The notes beneath the pieces are model-generated. The model had not been told where the DNA came from. It ran no database searches and saw only the letters and a program-made list of their open reading frames with translations. 64,000 bases of DNA, from assembly GCA_963762255.1 (NCBI GenBank), contig CAVXKA010000001.1, positions 320,001-384,000 of the forward strand. The letters are read 5' to 3'. The DNA is from Candidatus Eiseniibacteriota bacterium (GTDB taxonomy: Bacteria > Eisenbacteria > RBG-16-71-46 > JABDJR01). Positions 1-9,470 of this stretch are shown one piece after another. Within the stretch, counting starts at the first letter, position 1; each line of letters starts with the position of its first letter. The position numbers and the translations under genes are program-made.

Positions 1-345
1 GTGGTGGTGGAAGGGGCGATCGATGAAGAAGCGCTCGAGGGGCTTCGCCTCGGAGTGATCCTCAAGGACGAGCCCAAGCCGACGGCGCCGGCCACGGTGG
101 AGGTTCTGGAGCGGCGACACGGGCGGACGCGCTTGCAGGTCATCCTGCGCGAGGGGCGCAAGCGGCAGGTCCGCCGGATGCTCGCCCTGGTCGGTCACCC
201 CGTGCTCCAATTGCGTCGCGTGCGAATCGGCCCGGTGCTGCTCGGCGATCTCGAGCCGGGTGTCTGTCGGCCTCTCACCGAGGCCGAGGTGAAGGCGCTG
301 CGCCGCTTCGTCCAGAAGAAAGGAGAGCAGGATCATTCGTCCTGA
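1..345 (+). CDS. RluB/RsuA-family pseudouridine synthase, C-terminal part (5' truncated by window)
   Basis: Motifs LREGRKRQVRRM, V.QLRRVRIGPV.LGDL.PG..R.LT typical of the RsuA/RluB family. Confidence 0.85.
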   Translation: MVVEGAIDEEALEGLRLGVILKDEPKPTAPATVEVLERRHGRTRLQVILREGRKRQVRRMLALVGHPVLQLRRVRIGPVLLGDLEPGVCRPLTEAEVKALRRFVQKKGEQDHSS

Positions 346-1274
346 CCGCCGGCTTGCCATCGCCGTCACCCTCGCCGCCACCGCTGTCATGCTCGCCGCC
401 ACCGCCGGATGCTGGGAGACGCCCGCGCCCGCCGGTCCCTCGTTCTCGCTCCTCGGCTCCGCCGTCGTGGACAGCGTCACGCAGATCGAGGTGGCCTACG
501 CGAGCGACACCCTGACCGTGCGCGGGACCTTGATCCTCCCACCCGGCGACGATATCCGGCCCGCGGTGGTGTTCAACCACGGCGGCGTGAGCGGTGTGAG
601 CGAAGACATGAAGCGCCGCGGCCGCGATCTCGCGCGGCTGGGATACGTCGTTCTTGCCCCCGCCTATCGCGGCGAAGGCGGGAGCCAGGGCACGGTCGAG
701 GTCGCGGCGGGCGAAGTGGACGACGTGCTTGAACGGCGCCGCGATCCTTGCCGCGCACCCGCGCGTGGACCGCGCGCGCATGGCGGTGGCCGGATCGAGC
801 CACGGGGCGCTGATCGCGGTGTTGGCTGTCGCGCGCGAACCGGATCGCTTCCGCTGCCTGGTCGAGGCCTGCGGGGTGATGGAAATCCACGGCTGGTATC
901 GCTACCTGGTCGAGAACGGATTCGACGTGAGCGATTCGCTGTCGGTGGCGGTCTACGGGCGCGGCCCCGAGGACAAGCCGGAAGCCTTCGCGCGCCGTAG
1001 CGCGGTGCGCGTCGCTCCGTCGGTGCGCGTGCCCGTCCTCATCCAGCAGGGCGCCCTGGACCGCACGGTCCCCGTGGAGCAGGCGGTTGCTTTCGAGAAT
1101 GCTTTGCGGGCGGCGGGCCACACCGAGGTGACTCGGCGCGAGTACCCCCTCCTTGGACACGCGTTCTGGTTCTGGAACGACCCCGAGAAGCACACCGCCG
1201 CGGAGATCGCCGAGGCCGACTCCGCGTGGGCGGACTTCACCGCGTTCCTGGGAACGCAGCTCGCCGCGCGCTAG
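335..1274 (+). CDS. Lipoprotein alpha/beta-hydrolase (S9 peptidase/dienelactone hydrolase-like), with an apparent +1 frameshift near 730
   Basis: ORF 389-1000 has HGG and YRGEGGSQG; ORF 654-1274 continues with GSSHG (nucleophile), QGALDRTVP and GHAF. Removing one T in gtgcttgaac joins them. Lipobox TAGC. First ATG is at 389 but the signal peptide extends in frame to 335. Confidence 0.75.
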
Positions 1275-1278
1275 ACCG

Positions 1279-1296
1279 GCCGCTTCGCGAAGCGGC
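1279..1296. terminator. Perfect 18-bp palindrome GCCGCTTCGCGAAGCGGC between convergent genes
   Basis: Self-complementary sequence in a 42-bp convergent gap; no U-tract. Confidence 0.45.
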
Positions 1297-1316
1297 GGGC
1301 CTACACGCGCCGCGCG

Positions 1317-4300
1317 CTAGGGCAGTACCCAGACCCGGCGCAGTTCGCTCGTCTCGTTCCCGCGCACGCGAACGAAATAGATTCCGCGCGGAACGCGCCG
1401 CCCGGACGCGTCGCGCCCGTCCCACGCGATCGTGCCGGTTCCGGACCCGAGCACATCGATGCGCGGGCCGCAGACGAGCCGGCCCGACGTATCGAAGACC
1501 TCGAACGACACGGTGAGCGAGGAGCCGGTCTCCACATGAAGGCTCATCGGACCTGAAGAGGGGTTCGGCGACACCTCCCCGAGCGCGAAGACGCCCTCCG
1601 GGATTTCCGGCCGAACATTCATCGGCACGCGCACGCGCATGAGGGACGAACGCGGACCCTCGTTGCCGCTCCCGTCCACCGCGGTGACCGCGTAGACGTA
1701 CTCGCGTCCCGGGACTACCTGCCGGTCCTCCCACGCACACGCTTCCAGCTCGTCCCGATAGAGCGCGGGCGTGGTCGCGGCGCCGCGACCACGATAGAGC
1801 CGGTAGAACGCAACATCCGGCTCCGGAGCGGCGGTCCAACTCAGCGCCACCATTCCTGGAACGTCGGTCCCGCGTGCGAAGTCCTCCACAGCTCCCGGCG
1901 GCTGCGTGTCCGGCGGTGGCGGAGGCGGCGGCGGGCTCACGATGCGAGCGGTCGCCACGTTGCTCATCGGGCTCGCGTTGTCGGTGTCATCCACGGTCAC
2001 CAGCGCAAAGGCGATGGTGATGTCGTGGGGAAGCCCTTCCAGCACAAGCGTCTGCTGCGTGCCGGCCGGCGACGGTGACGGAGCATCGGCGATCGGCGTG
2101 GCGGTGGCCCACGTGGATGCGGCCAGCCCGCCGAGGCGATAGCGCATGTCGTAGCGAGCCGCCTGCCCGCCGGCGCCATCATCGCCCGGCGCGACCCAGG
2201 TGAGCGTGATCTTGAAGGTGTCGGTCACCGCGGCGGACAGATCCGCGACCGCTGCCGGTGGCGTCACATCGACCGGAGGTGGCGGGGGCGGGGGCTCCAG
2301 CGTACTCGCGGAGACGGCGTCGCTCAGGTCGCTCCAGTTCCCGGCGTCGTCGCACGAGCGCACGCGGAAGGCGTGAGACGTCCCCGGGCTCAGCCCCTCC
2401 ACGTGCACCAGCTCGTGCATGCCCGAAGAGGCGGGGTGTCCGGTGGAGATCAGGGATGCCGTGTCCCACTGTGCCGTGGCGAAGACATCACCCGATACGC
2501 GACGAAGATCGTAGGTCGCCACCGATCCGCCCGCGTCGTTGGGGGCGGTGAAGGTGAGCCTCAACATTGTCTCGGTGCGCTCGATGACCAGGAGGTCCGC
2601 GATGACGGTCGGGCCGGTAGTGTCCGCGGGCGGAGGCGGCGGGGGCGGAGGCGGAACGGCGGTGGTGCCCGACGCCGTCGCGCTCACGACGCTCCAGTTT
2701 CCCGCGTCGTCCACCGAGCGCATGCGGAAGCGATACGTGGTGGACGGCGTGAGGCCGCCCACCGCGTGGGTCTGCACGACTCCCGGCTCGGCCGGCGCCG
2801 GCGGTGCGGCGGGTGTGGCCCCCTCCCATTCCGAGTCCGGGAACGAGGCGCCGGTCGTGTAACGGATATCGTAGGCCGTCACCGTTCCCTCATCGTCCAT
2901 GGGGGCGGTGAAGCGGACGTAGATCGAGGTCTCCCCGCCCACGAGGGTCGCGAGATCGATGACCGCGCGGGGGCCGGTGGTGTCAGGCGGGGGCGGTGGA
3001 GGGGGCGGGGGCGTCGCTCCGGACAGGGTCGTGAAGCTCAGCACGTTTCCGACGGAACTGGTATTGGGCACCTCGTCCTCGGCGCGCAGCGCGGCATAGT
3101 AGGTCGTGCCCGGAACGAGCGAGGTTACCTGCACCGATTGGAGGGTTCCGGCCGCGAGAGGCTTAGGAAGCCAGAAGATGGACATCGCCAAGTCCCAGTT
3201 CCCTGCATCGATGGGGAAGGTCGCGATGCGTCCACGATAGATCGTCGCGGTCCCGCTGATGCTGTCGTCTCCCGGCGCGGTCCACCGCAGCGCGGCGAAC
3301 GTCGAGTCGATCGAGATCGCCTCCAGGGTCGTGATCGCCGCGGGCGGGATCGTGTCGTAGAGAGGAGGATCGACCAGCGGTGTCCGGATGCGGTAAGAGT
3401 AGGTCTGGAGCGGCCCGATGTGGCCGACATCGTCCACCGCGCGCACCGCGAAGTAGTACCACGTGTCGGGCGTGAGGCCTCCGATCGTGATGCTCTCCTC
3501 GGCTCCTGCCCATCCCGGCACGATCGAGTTGGCAACCTCGGTCGCCGCGTCCCAGGTCGCACCCTCGTAGACGGCGTTCCCAAATCCCGCCCTGTACCGG
3601 ATCTGGTACGAGGTCGCCCTACCCAACTTGCCGTCGTCCCCCACCGCCTGCCACCGGAAAAACACGGAGTGAGAGGTGATCCCTATCCCGCCCCAGTAGG
3701 CGTCCACCTCGGCGGGGGCCAACGTGTCGGCCGGCGCGGGCTCCACGATGCGCGGCCCGATGTAAGCGTCCCAGCCCTCGATCGTGGGAAGTCCGGCTTG
3801 CGCGATGAGGGTGGCGTTGTTGGGGTTCACCACCACCGAGGCCTCGGCGTAGTCCCGCCGCCAGATGCTCAAACCACCGACTTCGTACGTGAATGCCGCG
3901 CCGGTCGGTGCGCCGAGATACGTGTCGTACTCCGGCTCCCACCAGACCGAGGCATGCGTCGGGGCCGTGCTGTCGAGGCTGAAGTAGCCGTCGCCGAGAA
4001 GCGCGGTCGCCAACCCGAGCCGCTTGTGAGCCTGAAAACGTCCGGTGGTGTCCGGCAGAGCGCGTGTGCCCGACCCCTGCGAGTTGATGGTGGCGAGCTG
4101 CAAGGGCGAGGCGAGGTAGCTCTCGAGCCCCCGGAAGTAGGAGCCGCGGTCGAGGAGGGTCCACTTCGTCCACGCGTATCCATAGATGTTGTTCTGGTCG
4201 GCGGCACCCCCGTAGGGGAAGTTCTCGGCCATGGTGCCATTGAGAGCGTTGTATTGGGTGTTGGCGCCGTTGCTCATGACCGGCACACCGGGGCCCACGA

Positions 4301-5006
4301 GCTGGCGGATGAGCGCGGTACAGGAGTCGTTGGCGGCAAACCACCACGCGTCAAGCTGGGCGGCGACGTCGGCTAGGCCGTCGCGGTTGCTGTCGATCTT
4401 GGACCGGAGACCGGAGTTGAGCCAACTGATGCTGTCCCAGACATCGTCCAGGAAGATCCCGTCCCACTCCGACTGACCGTGCTGCCATACCTCGTCGTCC
4501 ATGAAGTGGGCGAACCACTCCCAATAGGCCTGACCCTGGGTGTTGACCGGACTGTTGGGCGTGAGGTTGGTGGATCCCTTGTTCGGCCAGTCGCTCACCA
4601 CGCCGCCCGAAGTGTCGTGCAGCCAGAAATCGCTGGTAGAGATCCCTTCCCAGTACTTGTAGGCCACCGTGGCCACCGGGAACTGGTCGCCGGTCACCCA
4701 GGTGCCGTTGATCGGGATGTAGCCCAGGATCACGATCTCGGGGTTCATCGCCCGTATCTGATCGATCGCGCCCGGGTTGTAGTACGGGAAGTCCGCGTCC
4801 AGCACGAGCACGTCCCACTTGGCGAGTCCCTGAAGATCCACCGGGGTGACGCTGGTGCTGAGGAAGATGTTGAGGGTCTTCGGATACCCGGTGCGGGCGG
4901 GTGCGGTCGAGGGAAACAGTCCGAGCAGCACGAGGACGAGCGACAAGCTCGCCAGAACGCGCACACGTTGGGGGCGGGACAGGGTCGGACGGGGCTTCAT
5001 GCGCAT
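1317..5006 (-). CDS. Secreted putative glycoside hydrolase (TIM-barrel, GHL15-like) + six FN3-like domains with poly-Pro linkers + C-terminal FlgD/T9SS-like domain
   Basis: Signal peptide; LAKWDVLVLD and WDGIFLDD barrel motifs; repeated D..P....L.W.APGDD...Y.IRY...L.P.T.Y.F.VRA.D..GN.S modules; PNP...F.VFD.SGRLV...WDGRD.SG..V..GIYFVRV C-terminus. Confidence 0.75.
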   Translation of the reverse strand: MRMKPRPTLSRPQRVRVLASLSLVLVLLGLFPSTAPARTGYPKTLNIFLSTSVTPVDLQGLAKWDVLVLDADFPYYNPGAIDQIRAMNPEIVILGYIPINGTWVTGDQFPVATVAYKYWEGISTSDFWLHDTSGGVVSDWPNKGSTNLTPNSPVNTQGQAYWEWFAHFMDDEVWQHGQSEWDGIFLDDVWDSISWLNSGLRSKIDSNRDGLADVAAQLDAWWFAANDSCTALIRQLVGPGVPVMSNGANTQYNALNGTMAENFPYGGAADQNNIYGYAWTKWTLLDRGSYFRGLESYLASPLQLATINSQGSGTRALPDTTGRFQAHKRLGLATALLGDGYFSLDSTAPTHASVWWEPEYDTYLGAPTGAAFTYEVGGLSIWRRDYAEASVVVNPNNATLIAQAGLPTIEGWDAYIGPRIVEPAPADTLAPAEVDAYWGGIGITSHSVFFRWQAVGDDGKLGRATSYQIRYRAGFGNAVYEGATWDAATEVANSIVPGWAGAEESITIGGLTPDTWYYFAVRAVDDVGHIGPLQTYSYRIRTPLVDPPLYDTIPPAAITTLEAISIDSTFAALRWTAPGDDSISGTATIYRGRIATFPIDAGNWDLAMSIFWLPKPLAAGTLQSVQVTSLVPGTTYYAALRAEDEVPNTSSVGNVLSFTTLSGATPPPPPPPPPDTTGPRAVIDLATLVGGETSIYVRFTAPMDDEGTVTAYDIRYTTGASFPDSEWEGATPAAPPAPAEPGVVQTHAVGGLTPSTTYRFRMRSVDDAGNWSVVSATASGTTAVPPPPPPPPPADTTGPTVIADLLVIERTETMLRLTFTAPNDAGGSVATYDLRRVSGDVFATAQWDTASLISTGHPASSGMHELVHVEGLSPGTSHAFRVRSCDDAGNWSDLSDAVSASTLEPPPPPPPVDVTPPAAVADLSAAVTDTFKITLTWVAPGDDGAGGQAARYDMRYRLGGLAASTWATATPIADAPSPSPAGTQQTLVLEGLPHDITIAFALVTVDDTDNASPMSNVATARIVSPPPPPPPPDTQPPGAVEDFARGTDVPGMVALSWTAAPEPDVAFYRLYRGRGAATTPALYRDELEACAWEDRQVVPGREYVYAVTAVDGSGNEGPRSSLMRVRVPMNVRPEIPEGVFALGEVSPNPSSGPMSLHVETGSSLTVSFEVFDTSGRLVCGPRIDVLGSGTGTIAWDGRDASGRRVPRGIYFVRVRGNETSELRRVWVLP

Positions 5007-5104
5007 GGATGCCTTCGGGAGGAGGGACTAGGCCCCGGCGACACCCTCCGCGACGTTGCCGGAACCTTGTTATCGGCATCCTCAATCGCAAGGCGCGGGC
5101 CAAA
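3164..5104. repeat. Copy 1 of a ~1.94-kb near-identical direct repeat
   Basis: Matches 5751-7691 at a constant offset of 2587 bp; only about ten differences seen by eye. Confidence 0.92.
5070..5077 (-). promoter_or_regulatory. sigma28-type -10 box GCCGATAA
   Basis: Exact FliA/SigD -10 consensus ~64 bp upstream of the start at 5006; no clear -35. Confidence 0.5.
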
Positions 5105-5286
5105 TGTCACCGGGCTCATGTTTGAGGTCAGAGATACGCAACCCGATGCCACGACGCCGGTTCGCAGCCACGCTGCCTCGGCGGGCCCCCCCCATGCGCC
5201 GCCCGCCGCGGAGCCGGGCTATCACCCTGCGGGGCGCACCGTGCGCAATGCACGCCCCGGGGCCCTACCGCTAGAATCGTCGCGGG

Positions 5287-7593
5287 TTAGGGCAGCACCC
5301 AGACCCGACGAAGCTCGCTCGTGTCGTTCCCTCGCACGCGGACGAAGTAGATCCCATGCGGAACGCGACGGCCGGACCCATCGCGCCCGTCCCAGGCGAA
5401 CGTGCTGAATCCGGGGCCAAGGTTGTCGTAGCGCGGGCCGCGGACGAGCCGGCCCGAGAGATCGAAGACCTCGAACGACACCGTCAGCGAAGTTCCGGTT
5501 TCCACGCGCAGGCTCATCGGACCCGAGGCCGGGTTCGGTGACACTTCACCCACCGCGAAGGCGCCGTCCCTGAGCCTCGACCCGTCACCGACCGCCAAGG
5601 GCTCGTGATAGGTGGTCGTGAAGCTCAGCACGTTTCCGACGGGGCTGGTATTGGTCACCTCGTCCTCGGTGCGCAGCGCGACATAGTAGGTCATGGCGGG
5701 AGCGAGGGAGGTCAAGTCCCCGGACTGAATGGTTCCCGCCACAAGAGGCGTAGGAAGCCAGAAGATGGGCATCGCCAAGTCCCAGTTCCCTGCATCGATG
5801 GGGAAGGTCGCGATGCGTCCACGATAGATCGTCGCGGTCCCGCTGATGCTGTCGTCTCCCGGCGCGGTCCACCGCAGCGCGGCGAACGTCGAGTCGATCG
5901 AGATCGCCTCCAGGGTCGTGATCGCCGCGGGCGGGATCGTGTCGTAGAGAGGAGGATCGACCAGCGGTGTCCGGATGCGGTAAGAGTAGGTCCGGAGCGG
6001 CCCGATGTGGCCGACATCGTCCACCGCGCGCACCGCGAAGTAGTACCACGTGTCGGGCGTGAGGCCTCCGATCGTGATGCTCTCCTCGGCTCCTGCCCAT
6101 CCCGGCACGATCGAGTTGGCAACCTCGGTCGCCGCGTCCCAGGTCGCACCCTCGTAGACGGCGTTCCCAAATCCCGCCCTGTACCGGATCTGGTACGAGG
6201 TCGCCCTACCCAACTTGCCGTCGTCCCCCACCGCCTGCCACCGGAAAAACACGGAGTGAGAGGTGATCCCTATCCCGCCCCAGTAGGCGTCCACCTCGGC
6301 GGGGGCCAACGTGTCGGCCGGCGCGGGCTCCACGATGCGCGGCCCGATGTAAGCGTCCCAGCCCTCGATCGTGGGAAGTCCGGCTTGCGCGATGAGGGTG
6401 GCGTTGTTGGGGTTCACCACCACCGAGGCCTCGGCGTAGTCCCGCCGCCAGATGCTCAAACCACCGACTTCGTACGTGAATGCCGCGCCGGTCGGTGCGC
6501 CGAGATACGTGTCGTACTCCGGCTCCCACCAGACCGAGGCATGCGTCGGGGCCGTGCTGTCGAGGCTGAAGTAGCCGTCGCCGAGAAGCGCGGTCGCCAA
6601 CCCGAGCCGCTTGTGAGCCTGAAAACGTCCGGTGGTGTCCGGCAGAGCGCGTGTGCCCGACCCCTGCGAGTTGATGGTGGCGAGCTGCAAGGGCGAGGCG
6701 AGGTAGCTCTCGAGCCCCCGGAAGTAGGAGCCGCGGTCGAGGAGGGTCCACTTCGTCCACGCGTATCCATAGATGTTGTTCTGGTCGGCGGCACCCCCGT
6801 AGGGGAAGTTCTCGGCCATGGTGCCATTGAGAGCGTTGTATTGGGTGTTGGCGCCGTTGCTCATGACCGGCACACCGGGGCCCACGAGCTGGCGGATGAG
6901 CGCGGTACAGGAGTCGTTGGCGGCAAACCACCACGCGTCAAGCTGGGCGGCGACGTCGGCTAGGCCGTCGCGGTTGCTGTCGATCTTGGACCGGAGACCG
7001 GAGTTGAGCCAACTGATGCTGTCCCAGACATCGTCCAGGAAGATCCCGTCCCACTCCGACTGACCGTGCTGCCATACCTCGTCGTCCATGAAGTGGGCGA
7101 ACCACTCCCAATAGGCCTGACCCTGGGTGTTGACCGGACTGTTGGGCGTGAGGTTGGTGGATCCCTTGTTCGGCCAGTCGCTCACCACGCCGCCCGAAGT
7201 GTCGTGCAGCCAGAAATCGCTGGTAGAGATCCCTTCCCAGTACTTGTAGGCCACCGTGGCCACCGGGAACTGGTCGCCGGTCACCCAGGTGCCGTTGATC
7301 GGGATGTAGCCCAGGATCACGATCTCGGGGTTCATCGCCCGTATCTGATCGATCGCGCCCGGGTTGTAGTACGGGAAGTCCGCGTCCAGCACGAGCACGT
7401 CCCACTTGGCGAGTCCCTGAAGATCCACCGGGGTGACGCTGGTGCTGAGGAAGACGTTGAGGGTCTTCGGATACCCGGTGCGGGCGGGTGCGGTCGAGGG
7501 AAACAGTCCGAGCAGCACGAGGACGAGCGACAAGCTCGCCAGAACGCGCACAGGTGGGGGGCGGGGCAAGGTCGGACGGGGCTTCATGTACAT
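5287..7593 (-). CDS. Short paralog: same putative glycoside hydrolase head + two FN3-like domains + FlgD/T9SS-like C-terminal domain
   Basis: First ~615 aa almost identical to the product of 1317-5006; lacks four FN3 modules and the poly-Pro linkers. Confidence 0.75.
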   Translation of the reverse strand: MYMKPRPTLPRPPPVRVLASLSLVLVLLGLFPSTAPARTGYPKTLNVFLSTSVTPVDLQGLAKWDVLVLDADFPYYNPGAIDQIRAMNPEIVILGYIPINGTWVTGDQFPVATVAYKYWEGISTSDFWLHDTSGGVVSDWPNKGSTNLTPNSPVNTQGQAYWEWFAHFMDDEVWQHGQSEWDGIFLDDVWDSISWLNSGLRSKIDSNRDGLADVAAQLDAWWFAANDSCTALIRQLVGPGVPVMSNGANTQYNALNGTMAENFPYGGAADQNNIYGYAWTKWTLLDRGSYFRGLESYLASPLQLATINSQGSGTRALPDTTGRFQAHKRLGLATALLGDGYFSLDSTAPTHASVWWEPEYDTYLGAPTGAAFTYEVGGLSIWRRDYAEASVVVNPNNATLIAQAGLPTIEGWDAYIGPRIVEPAPADTLAPAEVDAYWGGIGITSHSVFFRWQAVGDDGKLGRATSYQIRYRAGFGNAVYEGATWDAATEVANSIVPGWAGAEESITIGGLTPDTWYYFAVRAVDDVGHIGPLRTYSYRIRTPLVDPPLYDTIPPAAITTLEAISIDSTFAALRWTAPGDDSISGTATIYRGRIATFPIDAGNWDLAMPIFWLPTPLVAGTIQSGDLTSLAPAMTYYVALRTEDEVTNTSPVGNVLSFTTTYHEPLAVGDGSRLRDGAFAVGEVSPNPASGPMSLRVETGTSLTVSFEVFDLSGRLVRGPRYDNLGPGFSTFAWDGRDGSGRRVPHGIYFVRVRGNDTSELRRVWVLP

Positions 7594-7691
7594 GGATGCC
7601 TTCGGGAGGAGGGACTAGGCCCCGGCGACACCCTCCGCGACGTTGCCGGAACCTTGTTATCGGCATCCTCAATCGCAAGGCGCGGGCCAAA
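5751..7691. repeat. Copy 2 of the ~1.94-kb direct repeat
   Basis: See copy 1; includes ~100 bp of upstream promoter region. Confidence 0.92.
7657..7664 (-). promoter_or_regulatory. sigma28-type -10 box GCCGATAA (duplicate of 5070-5077)
   Basis: Inside the duplicated upstream region. Confidence 0.5.
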
Positions 7692-7909
7692 CGTGACGGC
7701 GATCATGTTCCGGGTCGGGAGCGCGCCTAATCCATTGCGAAGCAGCCAATTAGAGGTCGTAGCGCCCGGGCGCGTCCCCGCGGCTTGGCCTGGTCCCCCG
7801 CCGTCGAATTGCTAATTACTTGCCGTAGGTAGACAGCCTATCGCATTCTCGGGCGTGCCTTCACCCCCCCCGGGGGAGGTCCCAACGGGCCGAAGGAACA
7901 GGGGAGGTC

Positions 7910-9079
7910 ATGCCCGGCGAAGCTCCCGCTCAGGGCCGCGTTATAGCCCACGTCGACATGGATGCGTTCTACGCATCCGTGGAGGAACACGACGATCCAA
8001 CGCTTCAGGGCCTTCCCGTGGTCGTGGGGGGGCCTGCAGAGAAGCGCGGCGTCGTGGCGGCAGCTTCGTACGAATCTCGCCGCTACGGCATCCATTCCGC
8101 GATGCCGATGGCGCGTGCCCTCGCCCTGTGCCCGAACCTGGTGCGCATCTCCCCCCGCATGCCGCGCTACCGCGAGGTCAGCAGCATCATCATGGGGATC
8201 CTGAAGTCGTTCACGCCCCTGGTGGAGCCGATCTCGCTGGATGAGGCCTTCGTGGATCTGACCGGTACTGAAAGCTCGCTGGGATCTCCCCGCGAGACGG
8301 GCGGACAGATCCGTGCCGCGATCTCCGCCGATACGGGGCTCACCGCATCGATGGGCATCGCTCCCAACAAGTTCCTGGCCAAACTCGCTTCCGACGAGGA
8401 CAAGCCCGACGGCCTCACGGTGATCACCCCCGAGGAGGCTGTGAGCTTCGTGCAAGGACTGCCGGTCGAGCGCATCTGGGGGGTCGGCGAGAAGACCGCG
8501 GCCAAGCTCCACCGCATGGGGCTCGACCGGGTCCTGGACGTCGCGAACGCGGAACCGTCGGTACTCAAGCGGCAGTTCGGTGTCGTGGGTCTGCGCCTCT
8601 ACGAACTGGCTTGGGCGCGTGACGATCGTCCGGTGGTGCCGGATGCCGAAGCCAAATCGGTGAGCCACGAGGTGACCTTCGCCAAGAACCAGCGCAGCTT
8701 CGAACTCTTGCAGGGGGTGCTGGCCGGCCTCTGCGAGCAGACCGCGCGGCGGCTGCGGGAAGCGCGCTTCGTGGGGCGCACGGTGAACCTGAAGGTGCGC
8801 TACGGAGATTTCACCACCATCACGCGCCAGGATTCGCTGGGGCACCCCACCGACGAAGCGGGCGAGATCTACGCGGCGGCCAGCCGCCTGCTGGAGGCGG
8901 AGCGGGGGGTGAACGCGCGCGCGGTGCGGCTACTCGGCGTCGGGGTCACCGCGCTCCTGCGGCGCACGCAGATGAACCTCGATCTATTCGCCGCGCAGGG
9001 CGGGGAAGGCGATCCGGAGGGTTCGGATTGGGACGGTGAGGTGGAGGCGGAGCCGGAGGGCGAGGCGGAGCCGGAGTAG
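7910..9079 (+). CDS. dinB: DNA polymerase IV (Y-family)
   Basis: HVDMDAFYASVE, AASYESRRYGIHSAMP, ISLDEAFVD, NKFLAKLASD; clamp-binding-like QMNLDLF; SD GGAGG. Confidence 0.95.
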   Translation: MPGEAPAQGRVIAHVDMDAFYASVEEHDDPTLQGLPVVVGGPAEKRGVVAAASYESRRYGIHSAMPMARALALCPNLVRISPRMPRYREVSSIIMGILKSFTPLVEPISLDEAFVDLTGTESSLGSPRETGGQIRAAISADTGLTASMGIAPNKFLAKLASDEDKPDGLTVITPEEAVSFVQGLPVERIWGVGEKTAAKLHRMGLDRVLDVANAEPSVLKRQFGVVGLRLYELAWARDDRPVVPDAEAKSVSHEVTFAKNQRSFELLQGVLAGLCEQTARRLREARFVGRTVNLKVRYGDFTTITRQDSLGHPTDEAGEIYAAASRLLEAERGVNARAVRLLGVGVTALLRRTQMNLDLFAAQGGEGDPEGSDWDGEVEAEPEGEAEPE

Positions 9080-9129
9080 GAAGAAAGCGCGCCCCCGGTC
9101 GGAAAGAAGTGAGCGGACGCCGGGAAAAA

Positions 9130-9165
9130 TCGGAAGGCCGAGCCCGGTCGGAAGGCCGAGCCCGG
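9130..9165. repeat. 18-bp tandem duplication TCGGAAGGCCGAGCCCGG x2
   Basis: Directly visible. Confidence 0.85.
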
Positions 9166-9167
9166 CT

Positions 9168-9310
9168 GGAAAAGGAAACGGGGGCCGTCCCCGTCCCTTG
9201 GTCCGGCCCCCGTCGTCTGCTTCGCGTTGCTAATGCGGGACCGTGGGGATCCCACACCCGGATGAACGCCCCTGATGCGTTCGTCCGCGCCCCAAGCGCA
9301 GGGCAGTCCC
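9168..9310 (-). ncRNA. Candidate sigma54-dependent small RNA (four-way-junction fold + terminator hairpin)
   Basis: GGGACU/GGUCCC closing stem with three internal hairpins (9237-9310); GC-rich hairpin running into Us at 9170-9199; -24/-12 promoter directly upstream. Confidence 0.45.
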
Positions 9311-9317
9311 ACATCAA

Positions 9318-9333
9318 TGCACGATCGATGCCA
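9318..9333 (-). promoter_or_regulatory. sigma54 (-24/-12) promoter TGGCATCGATCGTGCA
   Basis: GG-N10-GC spacing exact; two mismatches to TGGCAC-N5-TTGCA. Confidence 0.6.
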
Positions 9334-9470
9334 CTTGCCGGTGGACCTGTGGATGGCACCTTGCCGAGTCGTTTGCATGCGGCCCGGAAGACGGAAGCGC
9401 TCTGCCCGACCGCACTTGAGACGGCGGCGCGGGGGAGCGCTCCGTGCATGCGCTTGTGACCACGCAAACT

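Noticed and set aside
725-735. Frameshift in the hydrolase gene
   Set aside because: One extra T restores DDVLNGAA; same error signature as above.
1317-7593. DGR template/variable-repeat pair or IS-mediated duplication
   Set aside because: Repeat is 1.9 kb, differences are few and not adenine-restricted, and no RT, transposase or terminal inverted repeats are seen.
7800-7909. LexA/SOS box upstream of dinB
   Set aside because: No match to the CTGT-N8-ACAG or GAAC-N4-GTTC boxes; a lineage-specific box cannot be inferred from one site.
9237-9310. tRNA or SRP RNA gene
   Set aside because: tRNA-sized cloverleaf but no TTC T-loop, canonical D-arm or 5-bp anticodon stem; SRP conserved loop motif absent. 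Kept as a candidate sRNA.
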